64,000 nt of DNA from the human T2T-CHM13v2.0 reference genome, Homo sapiens: the NCBI RefSeq assembly GCF_009914755.1, contig NC_060927.1; one strand, 5' to 3'. The position numbers and the translations under genes are program-made. Below, piece after piece: positions 1-12,664 of this stretch. How positions within the stretch are numbered: position 1 is the stretch's first letter; every line of letters starts with the position of its first letter. A model generated the notes under the pieces. That model did no database searches, was not told the DNA's origin, and saw nothing but the letters and a program-made list of their open reading frames with translations.

Positions 1-1938
1 CTCCTGAGGAGTGTGACTCATTAAGTAGAATACGGGACTCAGAAGGACAACTTTGGGGTACTAACAAGCTATATGAACTGGGGCAGGTCTTTTGTCTCTG
101 TCTGTATGTTAAATGAGTATTATAATTTTTACTTGGCAAGATTGCTGTGAGGCTTAATTAAAGTTTATAAAGTGCTTTGGGAGCCTGAGAGATGAAGCTC
201 TAAAAACATAATATGTTATTATCTCATCCTGGATTTTTGTTTTTAGATTTACTTGCTTGAATCTGTATCATAACGATGCTTACAATTCAGGCAGTTTTCT
301 GAGGTTTTTTATTTCTACAAAGACATGAAATAAAATAACATAAATATATAAGTCCCTAGACATTCATATGGGATGAAAAAATTACACATAATTTTTTTCT
401 GATGTAAAAGAGTTTCTTCTTAAAAAATGTTTAATTGAATCTTATATCTGTTAACCAGCTTTATTTTTTTAAAAGCATTTCAGTGTTTTATTCGTAACAT
501 TTTTGCAGAACCAGTAAAAAGTTTTAAAATGCAGTCATCTTTACTGGGTCATGAGAAGAAAAATTTACTCCATTTAAAAAATGTAAATACTTATTTAAAT
601 GTAAATAAATATGCGCATTTAGATATATATAAATATAAATATATTACTCCAATTGAATAACAATGGAATTAATTTACAGTAATTAGAATTTGATAATTTG
701 GGCTTGAAAGATATTCCTTTCTTCTATCTTTCTGCCTTACTTTTTTCTTCTACTGTGTGTTCATTTGAGATTTTCATATTTATAAAATATAAAAATGTAT
801 ATAGAGCCCTGGAGTTAATATAAATTGCCTTGAAAATTCTTTTTATTCCTACTTTGTATTCTTGAAAGAAAAATCATGTTTTCCCATAAGAACAGTGTCA
901 TAATTATGGATAAAATTTCTGACCAAGCTATTGTCATCAAGTAAGTAATAGATATGTTTAACTCTATGTCATAAAAGCAAAGCTATTACCACCATAAGCC
1001 AGTATAATTATTGGAAATAACAAAATGATTCTCATTGTCATATAAACTTTGCTTAAATATTTTATATGCCTTGACATATATGTATTAAGTTTACTTATAA
1101 AATGTTATTTTTATAAACTTATCTAGAACTGACTGCTATTATAATAAATACTTTTAACATTTTGACATGCCATAATTTTGATCCATTTCATGGGGAATAA
1201 TTTGAGAAGCCTATGTTTCTCAAAATTTTCGTAGGAAAATTAGAATGGATACTTGTATAATATATTCCTGTTACTAGGAATGATGCTTAAAAAAATTCTA
1301 TAGTGTAGGTCAGTCTTCATTTTAAGCAATTGAATCCATTTTTAATGATATTACTTAAGAATTTTGCTTGTAAGAAAAAAAACTGTATCTGATTGAATTT
1401 GAAAATGTAGTTTTGGAGTGTATTTACTCTTCCTGCCTGATACCCCACTCCCCAAAACAGAGTAGTCTTGAGGAAATAAAAGGTCCTCAAAGGCAGCTAG
1501 ATATGAGAAGAGTTTGAATTGCTAATGGGGAAACTTCTAGACCTTTGCCTTGATGTTAGAAAAGGAATTTGAGAACATGATTTATGTGTTAGACCCAGAG
1601 TTTGTCTTTAAACACAATTCAAGTTTATCACCTTTCTTATAACCTTTCTATACAAAACCATGGATTTAGTGAATAAAGCATTTGGAAGACGGTGGATAGT
1701 TGATAGATAAAGCAGATTGACCAACATGTAAAAATAGAAAGTGTTTTCATAGTAGGAATTTGGAATAACTTTTTCTATATTCCCATAGTTAGAATGGATG
1801 CCTAGAAAATGTATCCTTATTGTGATGATTAAAAATCTCTTTTTGAACTAAGACACGTAAGATAGTAACCTCTTTCTGCTTTGCTTATTCTCCCACCCAG
1901 GCTGTGTTGAAGTTATATAAGTATAAGCAAATGTGCAC

Positions 1939-2201
1939 TTTTTTTTTAAATTTTATTATTATTATACTTTAAGTTCTAGGGTACATGTGCACAATGTGCA
2001 GGTTTGTTACATATGTATACGTGTGCCATGTTGGTGTGCTGCACCCATTAACTTGTCATTTAGCATTAGGTATATCTCCTAATGCTATCCCTCCCCCCTT
2101 CCCTCACCCCACAACAGTCCCCAGTGTGTGATGTTCCCCTTCCTGTGTCCAGGTGTTCTCATTGTTCAATTCCTACCTATGAGTGAGAACATGCGGTGTT
2201 T
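1939..2201 (-). mobile_element. L1PA 3'-end fragment, 5'-truncated
   Basis: ttattatactttaagttctagggtacatgtgcac...tatgagtgagaacatgcggtgttt is the antisense primate L1 3' UTR. Confidence 0.92.
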
Positions 2202-2401
2202 ACACTGTTTTATAAAATGCTTTTGTCTAATTTTGTTACCTTTAAGTTTAGCTACTTGGCAAATAAACATTTTTAATACTGCTTAAGTCAAGTCTTTTAC
2301 AAATAGAATTGTCAACATCCAAGAGTTACCAAAAGATACTTCATTCTTTAGATTTTTATTGTTCTTTCACAGTACTCACTGGTAATGGATTATATTTTAC
2401 C

Positions 2402-2704
2402 TTTTTTTTTTTTTTTTTTTTTTTTGAGACAGTCTCTCACTCTGTCACTCAGGCTGGAGTGCAGTGGTGCCACCTGAGCTCACTGCAACCTCCCCCTCCC
2501 AGGTTCAAGCAACTCTCTGCCTCAGCCTCCTGAACAGCTGGGATTACAGGCGCGTGACTCCATGCCCAGCTAATTTTTGTATTTTTAGTAGAGATGGAGT
2601 TTCACCATCTTGGCCAGGCTGGTCTTGAACTCCTGACCTTGTGATCCACCCGCCTCGGCCTCCCAAAGTGCTGGGATTACAGGCATGAGCCACCACGCCC
2701 AGCC
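2402..2704 (-). mobile_element. Alu (AluS-type)
   Basis: Poly-T followed by both Alu arms; TSD TATTTTAC. Confidence 0.95.
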
Positions 2705-4639
2705 CTATTTTACTTTTATCTATTGTCAATGACTACATTGAATACTTTTGTATGCAAATGTAACAAAGGCATATTTTGCAGTTATTTATACTTTATGTCT
2801 GAGAATTATCACATAATTTAGCAAACATTAACTCATCTGTTTACCTTTTGCTGTAAAAGCTAGAGCAAGTGATGTAGATGGGGACAAGAAAATGACTCAC
2901 TCAGCCTCAGAACCACAAGGAACTATAGACTTCTTGCAGTCTGGTTTTCTCTTCAAAAAGCAATTAAATATACGACCATTTGTGTAAGTTTCCACAATGC
3001 ATTCATATTTCAGAACTGATTTCTTACCTAGCACGGCATGGATTTCAGTTATAATGTTTCTCCTTGCACAAGCATGGTAGACATGGGGTTAGTAGGTATA
3101 AGAATGCCTCTGGGAACAATCTTTTAAGGTTTTATAGACTCTTTTCTCTCACCACTCCCCCAACCTAAGTGTAATTGTCATCTTAGACACTTTGAGTTTA
3201 GGGGTGGAGATAGGGAGAGCATCATCAGAAGGGACAAAAGGAGAAAGGGGAAGTGAAATGGTTTGTTGGATACTAGTGAGTGGAGCCTTTTACAGAAGTA
3301 CAATGCACGCATTTTACATTTGTTAGTTAGATGTTTTCTAAGATGGTTTTGTAGCTCTGATGGTATATTTTTATGGATATAAACTTCTAATATGAGGAAG
3401 AGACCCAAACCAATTCAAATAGCATGTTAAAATTCAATCTATCTACAATCTTCACGTCCTTGATTATTACATTCTGTAATCTCATGGGTATTTTTGCTTC
3501 CAAATATAAGGACATACCTATTATTTCCTTCAGTTTTCTTTTTAGGAGAGTTGACTGAACTATTTCAGGAAAGAAGATGTCTTACTTTCCTTTGCCTAGT
3601 AAGCCTTGCTGCTTTTTGAACACAGTGCATTTTCTTCAAAATATACCCACTACTTTAGGTGGTCTTAATGAATGAATAATATGTAATTGTGTATACTTTT
3701 CTAAAATTCTTTGAAACTTCCAGGAAGGAAGGTCTCATTAAATATCTATTTGAATTTTAGTGAAAAGAACAAAAAAAAGCAATAACAAATTAAGACCTTT
3801 GATTCATGTGTACTAGCAGTGGTTTTATTTTGGTAGCTAGTGCTGTGATGTAATTGAAGCAGTATTTTCATATAGAAGCATTTTTTACTTTTATGTTCTT
3901 TCTACTTGTTAGAAGTATTCTTTTATTATGGTTACTTTTGAATGTATGTTTCCCTTGCACTAACTCAGAATACAGCCTCACTTCACAGCGCTTAGATTTG
4001 ATTCCTGCATTCATACTGTTTGCATTTGAGGGTCCTGGTGACTGCAGTAATCTCCACCTCCTCCAGAGCCAGAGAGAAAGAAATGGCCACAGCTACTTTG
4101 TCATCTTTTGTCACTGGTCTCAATAGAGGGTCAAGCGTGCTTACCACATGGAGGATGCTTCAGAACAACAAGGGAAAGAATTAGAGTGTTGCCTGGGTAC
4201 TGCCCACACTGCTATATGAACAGTGAGAGAGGTTATATTTTCCTAAGCCTCGCTTAAAGCATTCCCAACTAACAGATTTTCTGTTTCTAATGGTTTGAAC
4301 TTTTGTTTTTAAGTTGTTATTTGGGCATGTGGTTGTAGGGCATAGATTATCTCCTAATTTATTGCTTTCTTAATTTGACATTGGAATTTAGACTTCAGAA
4401 ACAAAAAATGCAATACTTTGAATTATCTTCTTTCCATAAGTTCCTGATTTAAAATGAAAATGTCCCCTTAACTGCTAATTACGAGATATCGTATAAAGCA
4501 TATGATACTTACAGTATATCTTTTTTGGTTGTTTTATAAGATGAAGATTACAAATATGATATTTAGCACATCCTGGCTCTTCTTGAAAGCAGGGACTATG
4601 GCTCTTTTACTAAAGGACAAATAGTGCCTAAGGAAACAG

Positions 4640-4860
4640 GAGGGTGTAGGAGAAAGAATTCAGCTTTGTGGTCAGATAGACCTGGGGGGTTGAATTTCAC
4701 TTCTCTCTAGCTGTATGGTGTTGGGCTAAACACTGTCTCTAGAGCGGCTTCCTCACCTTTCAAATAGGGATGATACTCCTTTAGGTAACGATGTTATTGG
4801 TAGGATTTGATATAATAAGTATAAAGTGCCTAAAACAATGCCTGTAAATGGTAATTTCTA
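4640..4860 (+). mobile_element. MIR relic
   Basis: Degenerate MIR core (aaatagggatgatact...aaagtgcctaaaacaatgcctg). Confidence 0.6.
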
Positions 4861-6849
4861 TTAGGATGGATCATAGATTTAGGATTAGAATTTACACTAA
4901 ACCTACCTTATTCATAGATTTGTCCAGAATCATAGCAGGAAATCTACTCCATAAAGTAGCTCTAGCCTCTGGTGCCTAGTAGAGGTGATGTATTAGGATA
5001 GTACTTTAAAACTTTTACCCCAATTAAGAGCAGAGGAAAATGAATGGCTAGATTAGCCATCCTGAGGGTTTAATCTGAAATGGTCCATAGAAGACATATC
5101 ATTTTCTTTCTGAAAAACTTATTTCAACTTTGCATTCAAATATAAATATATATTTCAATATAGGTATTTCTTCCCCTCATTAAAAAGTCTTTAAAATTGT
5201 TGTTCCAGGAAGATGAGTAGTATTTATCTTGTAACATTGAGTTATTATACCCAGGCGCACTACCAGGAACACTTCTGATGTACAAGTGCCTTCAATAATT
5301 GTTTCAGAAGCACAATTTTGAGATAAGTTAAAGTGCCCTGGGAAAGAGCATTGTTTATTTTTGGAGCCTTAGCCCAAAATGACTCGGACTCATGCTACAA
5401 AATGATAACGCTCTTCATCAGTTGTATAGAACTCCTTCTTTATGGCCAGCTTTCCTAGAGATATTTTAGACTTCTTTAGATGTCCCCAAAGGCACAATAA
5501 CCACGTAAGAAGGGAAGCCACAGGAAGGCAGATTGCAGCAGAAAATGAATGGTCAGGGTTCTCTAGGGGTGGCTGCACTGCCTCCAGTGGTGGTGAGTTC
5601 TCCACCTCCAGAGAGTGAGACACCCTTGACTCAAGTTTTAGATGAGAGAAACAATCAAGCAGCCTCTGAAGTTCCCCTTGAATTCAAATTCTTTGCATCC
5701 AGAAGAGAAGTATTTTGTGACCAGAAAGATACAGATTGACTGCAATTGACCTTTTCTATGCCAGACCATTGGTTAACTGAAGAGAGTAGACTCTCCAGAC
5801 AGGCAGTGGACTCAGCCTACACCAAAACACACAGCAAGCCTTCTGTGCCTTTCCCCAGGACAGTGACTCTTCTTTTCTCTCTGAAGCTGTGGTTCTATGT
5901 AGGAAACTACATAGGGTGAAGCTAAAAGGTAGGATGGGCCAGCCTATGTAGGGTAAGGCTTTTTAACTCTATCGCATGGGCAGTGTGCTGACATTGCATA
6001 CTTTTTCAGCACCTCTTCAGATCGGTATATAAAGTAGATTAACCTGACAGCAGATGGCAGTTGGTTGGAGGGGCCTGCAGTAAAGGAGAGCAGTTTGGAG
6101 AATGCCACGGCATGCAGACGCACACTGTGGAGCTGAGCACTCAGTCGGTGATGTGGCTCACTCACCAGGGGAAGGACAGAGGTGAGATAGGGCAAGAGTC
6201 AGTTGCTGAAGTCACTACTCCAAAGGGCTAGATAGAAAGGTAGGGAGGAGGAATGGAGAGCCAGAAAAGGAGCCAAAATGATTAGCTATTTTACTAGAGC
6301 AGGTCTGTCCTAAAGGCTTGGCTGCCATTCTCTAGCTGGGACCTTGACGAATCACTTCCTCCCTAGTGCCTCAGTTTTCTTGTCTTCAAAATGAGGATGA
6401 TGCTACCTATCCTGAAGGGTTATTGTGAGGATTAATGAGATGATGGGGTGAAAGTGATTTGTAAACTAGGAAGTCTATCATGCAAACCGCATGATAGACT
6501 TCGGATAGAGGCAGCAGGTATACCTTTCAGCTTTCTGTCTTGCCAAATGAACATTTGTATCCTCTCACCTGGTGTCCAAGATGAAGGTGCTGGTTCAGTG
6601 AGATAACTCTTATCCAGCCTAATCTCAAGACTTCCTTTCATGCTCTCTCTCTCACACCTAGCAATAAATGCCAAAAGCCTAATAGCCCCCCAAACCTTGA
6701 TCGTTTCAAGAGGATCCTTTCAAAGGAAACCTGCCTTTCCTCTCTCCTTGAGGAGAAACCAAAGCAGTCCAGTGAATAAAATTCATATTTTTCTCCCAGG
6801 CTGATTGAAATGGCTGGCCGTGGGAGCCCAGGGCCTTTTTGTAGGACTG

Positions 6850-7187
6850 TTTTATTTATTTATTTTATTATTATTATTATTTTTTTTTTGAGACAGAGTC
6901 TCGCTCCGTCACCCAGGCTGGAGTGCAGTGGCACAATCTTGGCTCACTGCAACCTCTGCCTCCTGGGTTCGAGCCATTCCGGATTCGAGCCATTCTCCTG
7001 CCTCAGCCTCCCCAGTAGCTAGGACTACAGGTGCCTGCCACCATGCCTGGCTAATTTTTGTATTTTTAGTAGAGTTGGGGTTTCACCATGTTGGCCAGGC
7101 TGGTCTTGAACTCCTGACCTCAGGTGATCCACCTGCCTCAGCCTCCCAAAGTGCTGGGATTACAGGAGTGAGCCACCGTGCCTAGCC
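6850..7187 (-). mobile_element. Alu (AluS) with a small internal duplication
   Basis: Alu consensus; ttcgagccattc occurs twice within 6968-6995. Confidence 0.95.
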
Positions 7188-10100
7188 TGGACTTTTCCAA
7201 TTAGGCTGTGCCGGGGCTGCTGTGAAACTGTTTTCCTGTGAAGACAGTGATTTTCTCCTTAGGGTGGCTGCTGTCACACGGCACTGCCCCTTTCCTTATA
7301 ATACTTGATCACAGACACAGTAACATCTGTGCCTAGATCACAAGCCATACTTACTCAGGACGATTTTCCTCTTAAAGCACCAGGGAGGGAGAGGCCCTTG
7401 TCAGAATTCTCACGACTGAATCATTGCCATGAGCTAATGTCTCCAGTTTTATGAGTCAGTGCTGGCCCAGGCATCGGTTTTGTAGGTTTAAAAAAAAAAA
7501 AAAAAAGACATGGGTTAGACTCCCCTAATATCAGTAGCTTGTTCAGGGGGAAAGCAAACTGAGCTATCATCAGACAGCAGCATTTTAGAAATCAGATGTT
7601 TGGTTCCTCTCCTCTGTAAGGATATAGAATAAGTGGAAGAATTTCAGAATTAAAAATAATAGTAATAAAAGCTCTCTGATTTGTGCGTGTGTTTTGTTTT
7701 GCTTCTGGCAAAGAAGGTAAAATGGTGTGTTTGGGAGATGAATGTTCTTGTAATAGGCAAGATGTAGCTTGCAGGAGAACATCTGCAACAAACCCTTATT
7801 CTGCATGAGATACAGCCAAGACCTGTTTGTGTGTTAGTGCCTGTTCAAACATGTCTAATTTTTAAAATGATTTATAAAGTTTTGGAGGAATCACCTTAAA
7901 ATGTTATTTCCTCATATAATAGGCATATACATTCACAGCGTGGTGGCTAAACTATACACCCTGTTGGAGTTTGAGCAGTGCCAATATTGAGCTAAGTGAT
8001 ATAAAAATGGTTATCAATATGAAGTAGATAGAAAAGTATTAGGAATATCTGCAATCATTCGTGAGTCTACCGATTAATCCAGCAGCAGGCAAAAATAAAT
8101 TATGCTTTCCACGTTTTTAAATGTTCTTGGTAGAGAATTTATGCAAAGAATAAAAGGGAAATACATGGATATTTGCTTCAAAATACCCAGAGGTATTGCT
8201 CAAAACTTGATTAAAAATAAAATAACAGAATTGGGGATGGACGTCAATAAGAAAGAATAAGCTTAAATAATATCAGTATCTATTAAACAACATGATTTTT
8301 AATTGTGTCTTCTCTATTCTTTCCCTTTATCATATATTTACACATAATAGGAAATGCCTTTTAGGAAAGATAGTGGAAGCCTTCTCTTTTGTTTTTAACA
8401 GCCATTGCTTATGTAGTGCTAATGCATCTTCTTAAATCCACGTGCTTTAAAAAAAATAATATTTTATGGTAGTCATGTACTTCTCAACACATCATTTGGA
8501 AAGAAAGTTAGGGGTATGCGCTGTAATTTGTACCCAGTATTCAGAGTTTACAAGAAAGATTGCTCTTCCCTGCAGCCTCTCCACCCTTCCCCCTCCTTCT
8601 CTCTCTCCCCCACTTGCTTCTTGCTCCTTGTTTCTTTCTCTGAAGAAGGACGTGAGCTACATGGAGGACAGGGCAGAAAAGGGAAGAAAAAAATAGGAAA
8701 TGGTGAGAAAAATATTAAGGACATTTAAAACTTAAAGTTTTATGGTTCTTTTTAGCTAAATGAATCTTTTGAGCTTCCATGGGGGAAATTAGTGTAATTA
8801 AAATTTTCTAGTTCATAAAACCAAATCTTTACATACTGACTGAGCCCACTGTAAGTATTGACTAAGGCAAGGACAAATGTTATCCTCTGACTTGGAAAAT
8901 TCAAAAGAAGCATTTTGTCTCTTAAATGAAGGTAGGTTGATTATATTTGATGAGCTTCTTGGAAAAGGCATTGATTAGTCCACATCCAGAAATTTAACTT
9001 CCCTTTTGCTTATACTACTTGAAAAATGATTTTATGGACACCGTGATGTAAACAATGAGTCTCTCTAGGAAGGGATACTGTGTATATTTTTTGTTTTATT
9101 TTTAACTTTCTGGCATTCCAAGACACATACAGTTTTTATTTGAGGGAAATATTCGTAAAATAGAATACGAAGGAACTATTCCAAAGTCAGGAGTTGAGTG
9201 AAATATCCCAATTAAAAAACTGAAAGGATTGTTTATCAGTAAGTTGCAGGATATGTGTAGAGCTCCACAACATGAAAATTCAGTATTAATAATTTTGGCT
9301 TGAAATATTTTCAGTTCTATCTCCTTATAAGCTTCAGAATTACTAACCACCGAAACTGGTATAACTAAGAGGACGCATAGCATGAGTCTCATAGGATCTC
9401 TCCAACTGGTGCCTTGTAATTTTGTATGGTATGCATGTGCACACATGTCCCAAGATGCGTTTGTTGAGGCTTAGTTGAAGGCCCCATACTATGAGGTCTC
9501 AAATGTTAGAGTTCACTGAACAGCACCTTTAGTTTCAACATGCATTTTCTAAGCACTGGAAGGTACACATTGAAGAAAAACAGATATAACTCCACAGTTG
9601 ACTAGCTGGGTTGACTAGGCAAGTGACCTGATGCTTCTGAGACTCAATTTTCTCTTCTGTGAGGTGAAAATAATCTCCATTGAAGGCTTTTGAAAGTTCA
9701 ATATATGAAGCCCATAATATAGTTCCTGCCACTGAGCAGGGCCTTGATAAATTGTGCTAGTTATTATTAAGGCTAGACACTATTGGGTAATTATATTAAT
9801 AGATAAGTTAGCCCTTTCTCAAAGAGCTCACAGTCAAGAAGGGCAAACTGATAAACCTAGTTGTAATTTAGTGTGACAGGTGCTATAATCTGTCTGGAAT
9901 GTTCCCCTAGCCACCACCACCTCTGTCTGCCAGGCAGACTCCTACTTATTCTTTAAAACTCATTGGAAGCATTAATTGTAGATGAACACTTGCCTTGTGA
10001 TACCCACCCCCCACCAGCTCCCCCTTACAGACACGTACTCAGGAGTTCAGAGGCAGTAGCTTTGACCTTTCATCTCTGGGTCTTAGTGCTGGCACATATA

Positions 10101-10573
10101 ATGGGTCTTAACAAATATTTTTCAGGTAATACCTATTACCTAAACAAAGTGGAATGTAGTACAGAAAACTGATTTTGCTAGTTTCACAGAAAACTTTGCA
10201 TTTAAAGTTGGGCCTTCAAGGATAAGCAAAGTCTTGGGAAAAATAAGAATAGATATTCCAGGTAGAGGGACCAGGGTAAGTAAAGGCATGGAGACATGAA
10301 TGTGTTATGTAAGTCTAGGAGTGGGAAGCAGTTTGGTATACCTGGACCATAGAAAGTTTGCAGGAACAGGAGTAGCAGGAAATGAGGCTAGAGAGAAGTC
10401 CACAGAGCCAGATTGAGATGGGCTGTGAATACCACCCTAAGGAGTTTGGCTCTAGTCCTGCAAGTGTTAAGAAAACATGGAAGGGCTGTGAGTTGGGAGA
10501 TGACATCATGTTCTGTTGGAGGAAGCTAACTGGCAGCAGTTTGGAGGTAGGGAGACTAAAAGCAGGGAGGCTA

Positions 10574-11075
<502 letters not shown>

Positions 11076-12216
11076 TTAGAGGTACTTCTTATAAGGACTG
11101 TACCAAGAAACTAGTTGAATGATATATTCCTCAAGGTTTGGGGCCTTTTTGGTGCCATGCTTTGCTTTCTTTAGTTAGGATTAGTCTTGGCTATTTATCC
11201 TTCTGCTTTGACTATGAGAAGAACCACATACCTGTAATTGGTCAGACAAAAGAACATTTTATATTCTCTATGTCTCTGCCTTGCACTAGAAATGTTTGGG
11301 TAAAAAATTTATTGGTTTAAGAAGGAAGAAATGTGCCCAAATAGCCAATGATTGGCTTGATGGCTTTGGCTAGGCCGTTTTGCTGCTTTGAGCTTCAGTT
11401 TTCTTATCTGTAAAAGAAACATATTGAGCTAAATCTTGATATCTTTTTCCTATTTCTTAACGTGGTATGGAAGTTAACACTTTCGTCCTTTTACTGAATG
11501 AAAATAATCTAATAGTAGCTTAAAGAAAACGGAAGCATCTTTCACTTCAGTGTTTTGAGCGTAATGAAATGAATGCTATTATTATAAATAGCAGTACCAT
11601 TTTACAAAATCAGAAGCTAGGAAAATGTATTTGGCCTTTGACTCGTGGTTGGTCCTCAGTGAATGTTCAGTGAATAGAATTATAAAATCTCTTTGTTCTT
11701 TTTTGCTGAGTACTAAAGACCATAAATTTATTACAGATGATATTTACTGATAATAAAGTACTTTTATTTTTACTGGTACCCAAAGAAGGATTCAAAAATC
11801 TTGGCAGATACCATATTACCAAATCTAACTATAGGAGCTGGACCAAGAGAGAAGACTCTGTAAATCACCTGTCTACAGACCCAAGACCCAACCATCTTAA
11901 AAGAGGATTCAGGAAATCATTTAAATGTTTCTTCCTGCTTTCATGCCTTGAACATGCTGTTTCTGAGCAATACACTACAGAGATTGCCCTAATTGACACT
12001 AAATATGAGTTTTAAGCATTTATTCTGAAAACTAGACCCATGTAAACAAGTTAGCATCCAACTATCAATTCTTAGAAAATCTACTTTCCCTATATGTCTA
12101 CTGGATTATTTGTCTCAGATCTTAGGGGAGGAAGTGGAAGAGCTGGAGAACAGCACGTGTTATTTTAGAGTTATAACTGGAAGTATTTGGAATGGCTTCT
12201 ATGAAAGTTTATTTCA

Positions 12217-12347
12217 CTGAAAATGTGGAAACAGCTTTGGAACTAAGGAATGGGCAGAGACTAGATTTGGAGGAGCAGGGTACTAAAAGCCTAGAGTCTG
12301 GCGAGGACTTAGAAGAGAAAAAGATTCTGGAAAGTTTGGAGCTCTTA
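12217..12347 (+). mobile_element. MaLR (MLT/MST/THE1-type) internal-sequence fragment
   Basis: aaaatgtggaaacagctttggaact...tgggcagag...ggaaagtttggagctc resembles the start of MaLR internal regions. Confidence 0.6.
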
Positions 12348-12380
12348 AAGAAAAATAAAAATTTACTTCACTTCTAACTA

Positions 12381-12434
12381 TTTGGTTGGTGCAAAAATAA
12401 TTGCAGGTTTTGCCATTACTTTTTCACCAACTAA
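12381..12434. mobile_element. MADE1 (mariner MITE) with internal deletion
   Basis: ggttggtgcaaaaataattgc...ttttgccattacttttt caccaactaa matches the MADE1 left arm and right terminus. Confidence 0.8.
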
Positions 12435-12576
12435 CAAATTCAGTTTCAAAGATTTCTATACTGCTGACAGTTTTTTTCAAATATTAGCCCTTTTAATTAT
12501 TTCATTACCAGACCAATATAACCTTAATTTTTTTCAACCAAGATAAACAATTTTTCTGCAGTAAATTTGTATTTAT

Positions 12577-12664
12577 GTTCCAGACACATCTCATCTGATA
12601 TACAATATTTTCTTAAATTGTATAAAGAGAAATTATTGTACATCGGATGAGCTGTGTCTGGGAT
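12577..12664 (+). ncRNA. MIR944: pre-miR-944 hairpin; mature 3p miRNA AAAUUAUUGUACAUCGGAUGAG at 12630-12651
   Basis: Near-perfect inverted repeat (ccagacacatctcatctgatatacaatattttc vs gaaattattgtacatcggatgagctgtgtctgg). Sequence recognised as hsa-mir-944, known from TP63 intron 4. Confidence 0.97.
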
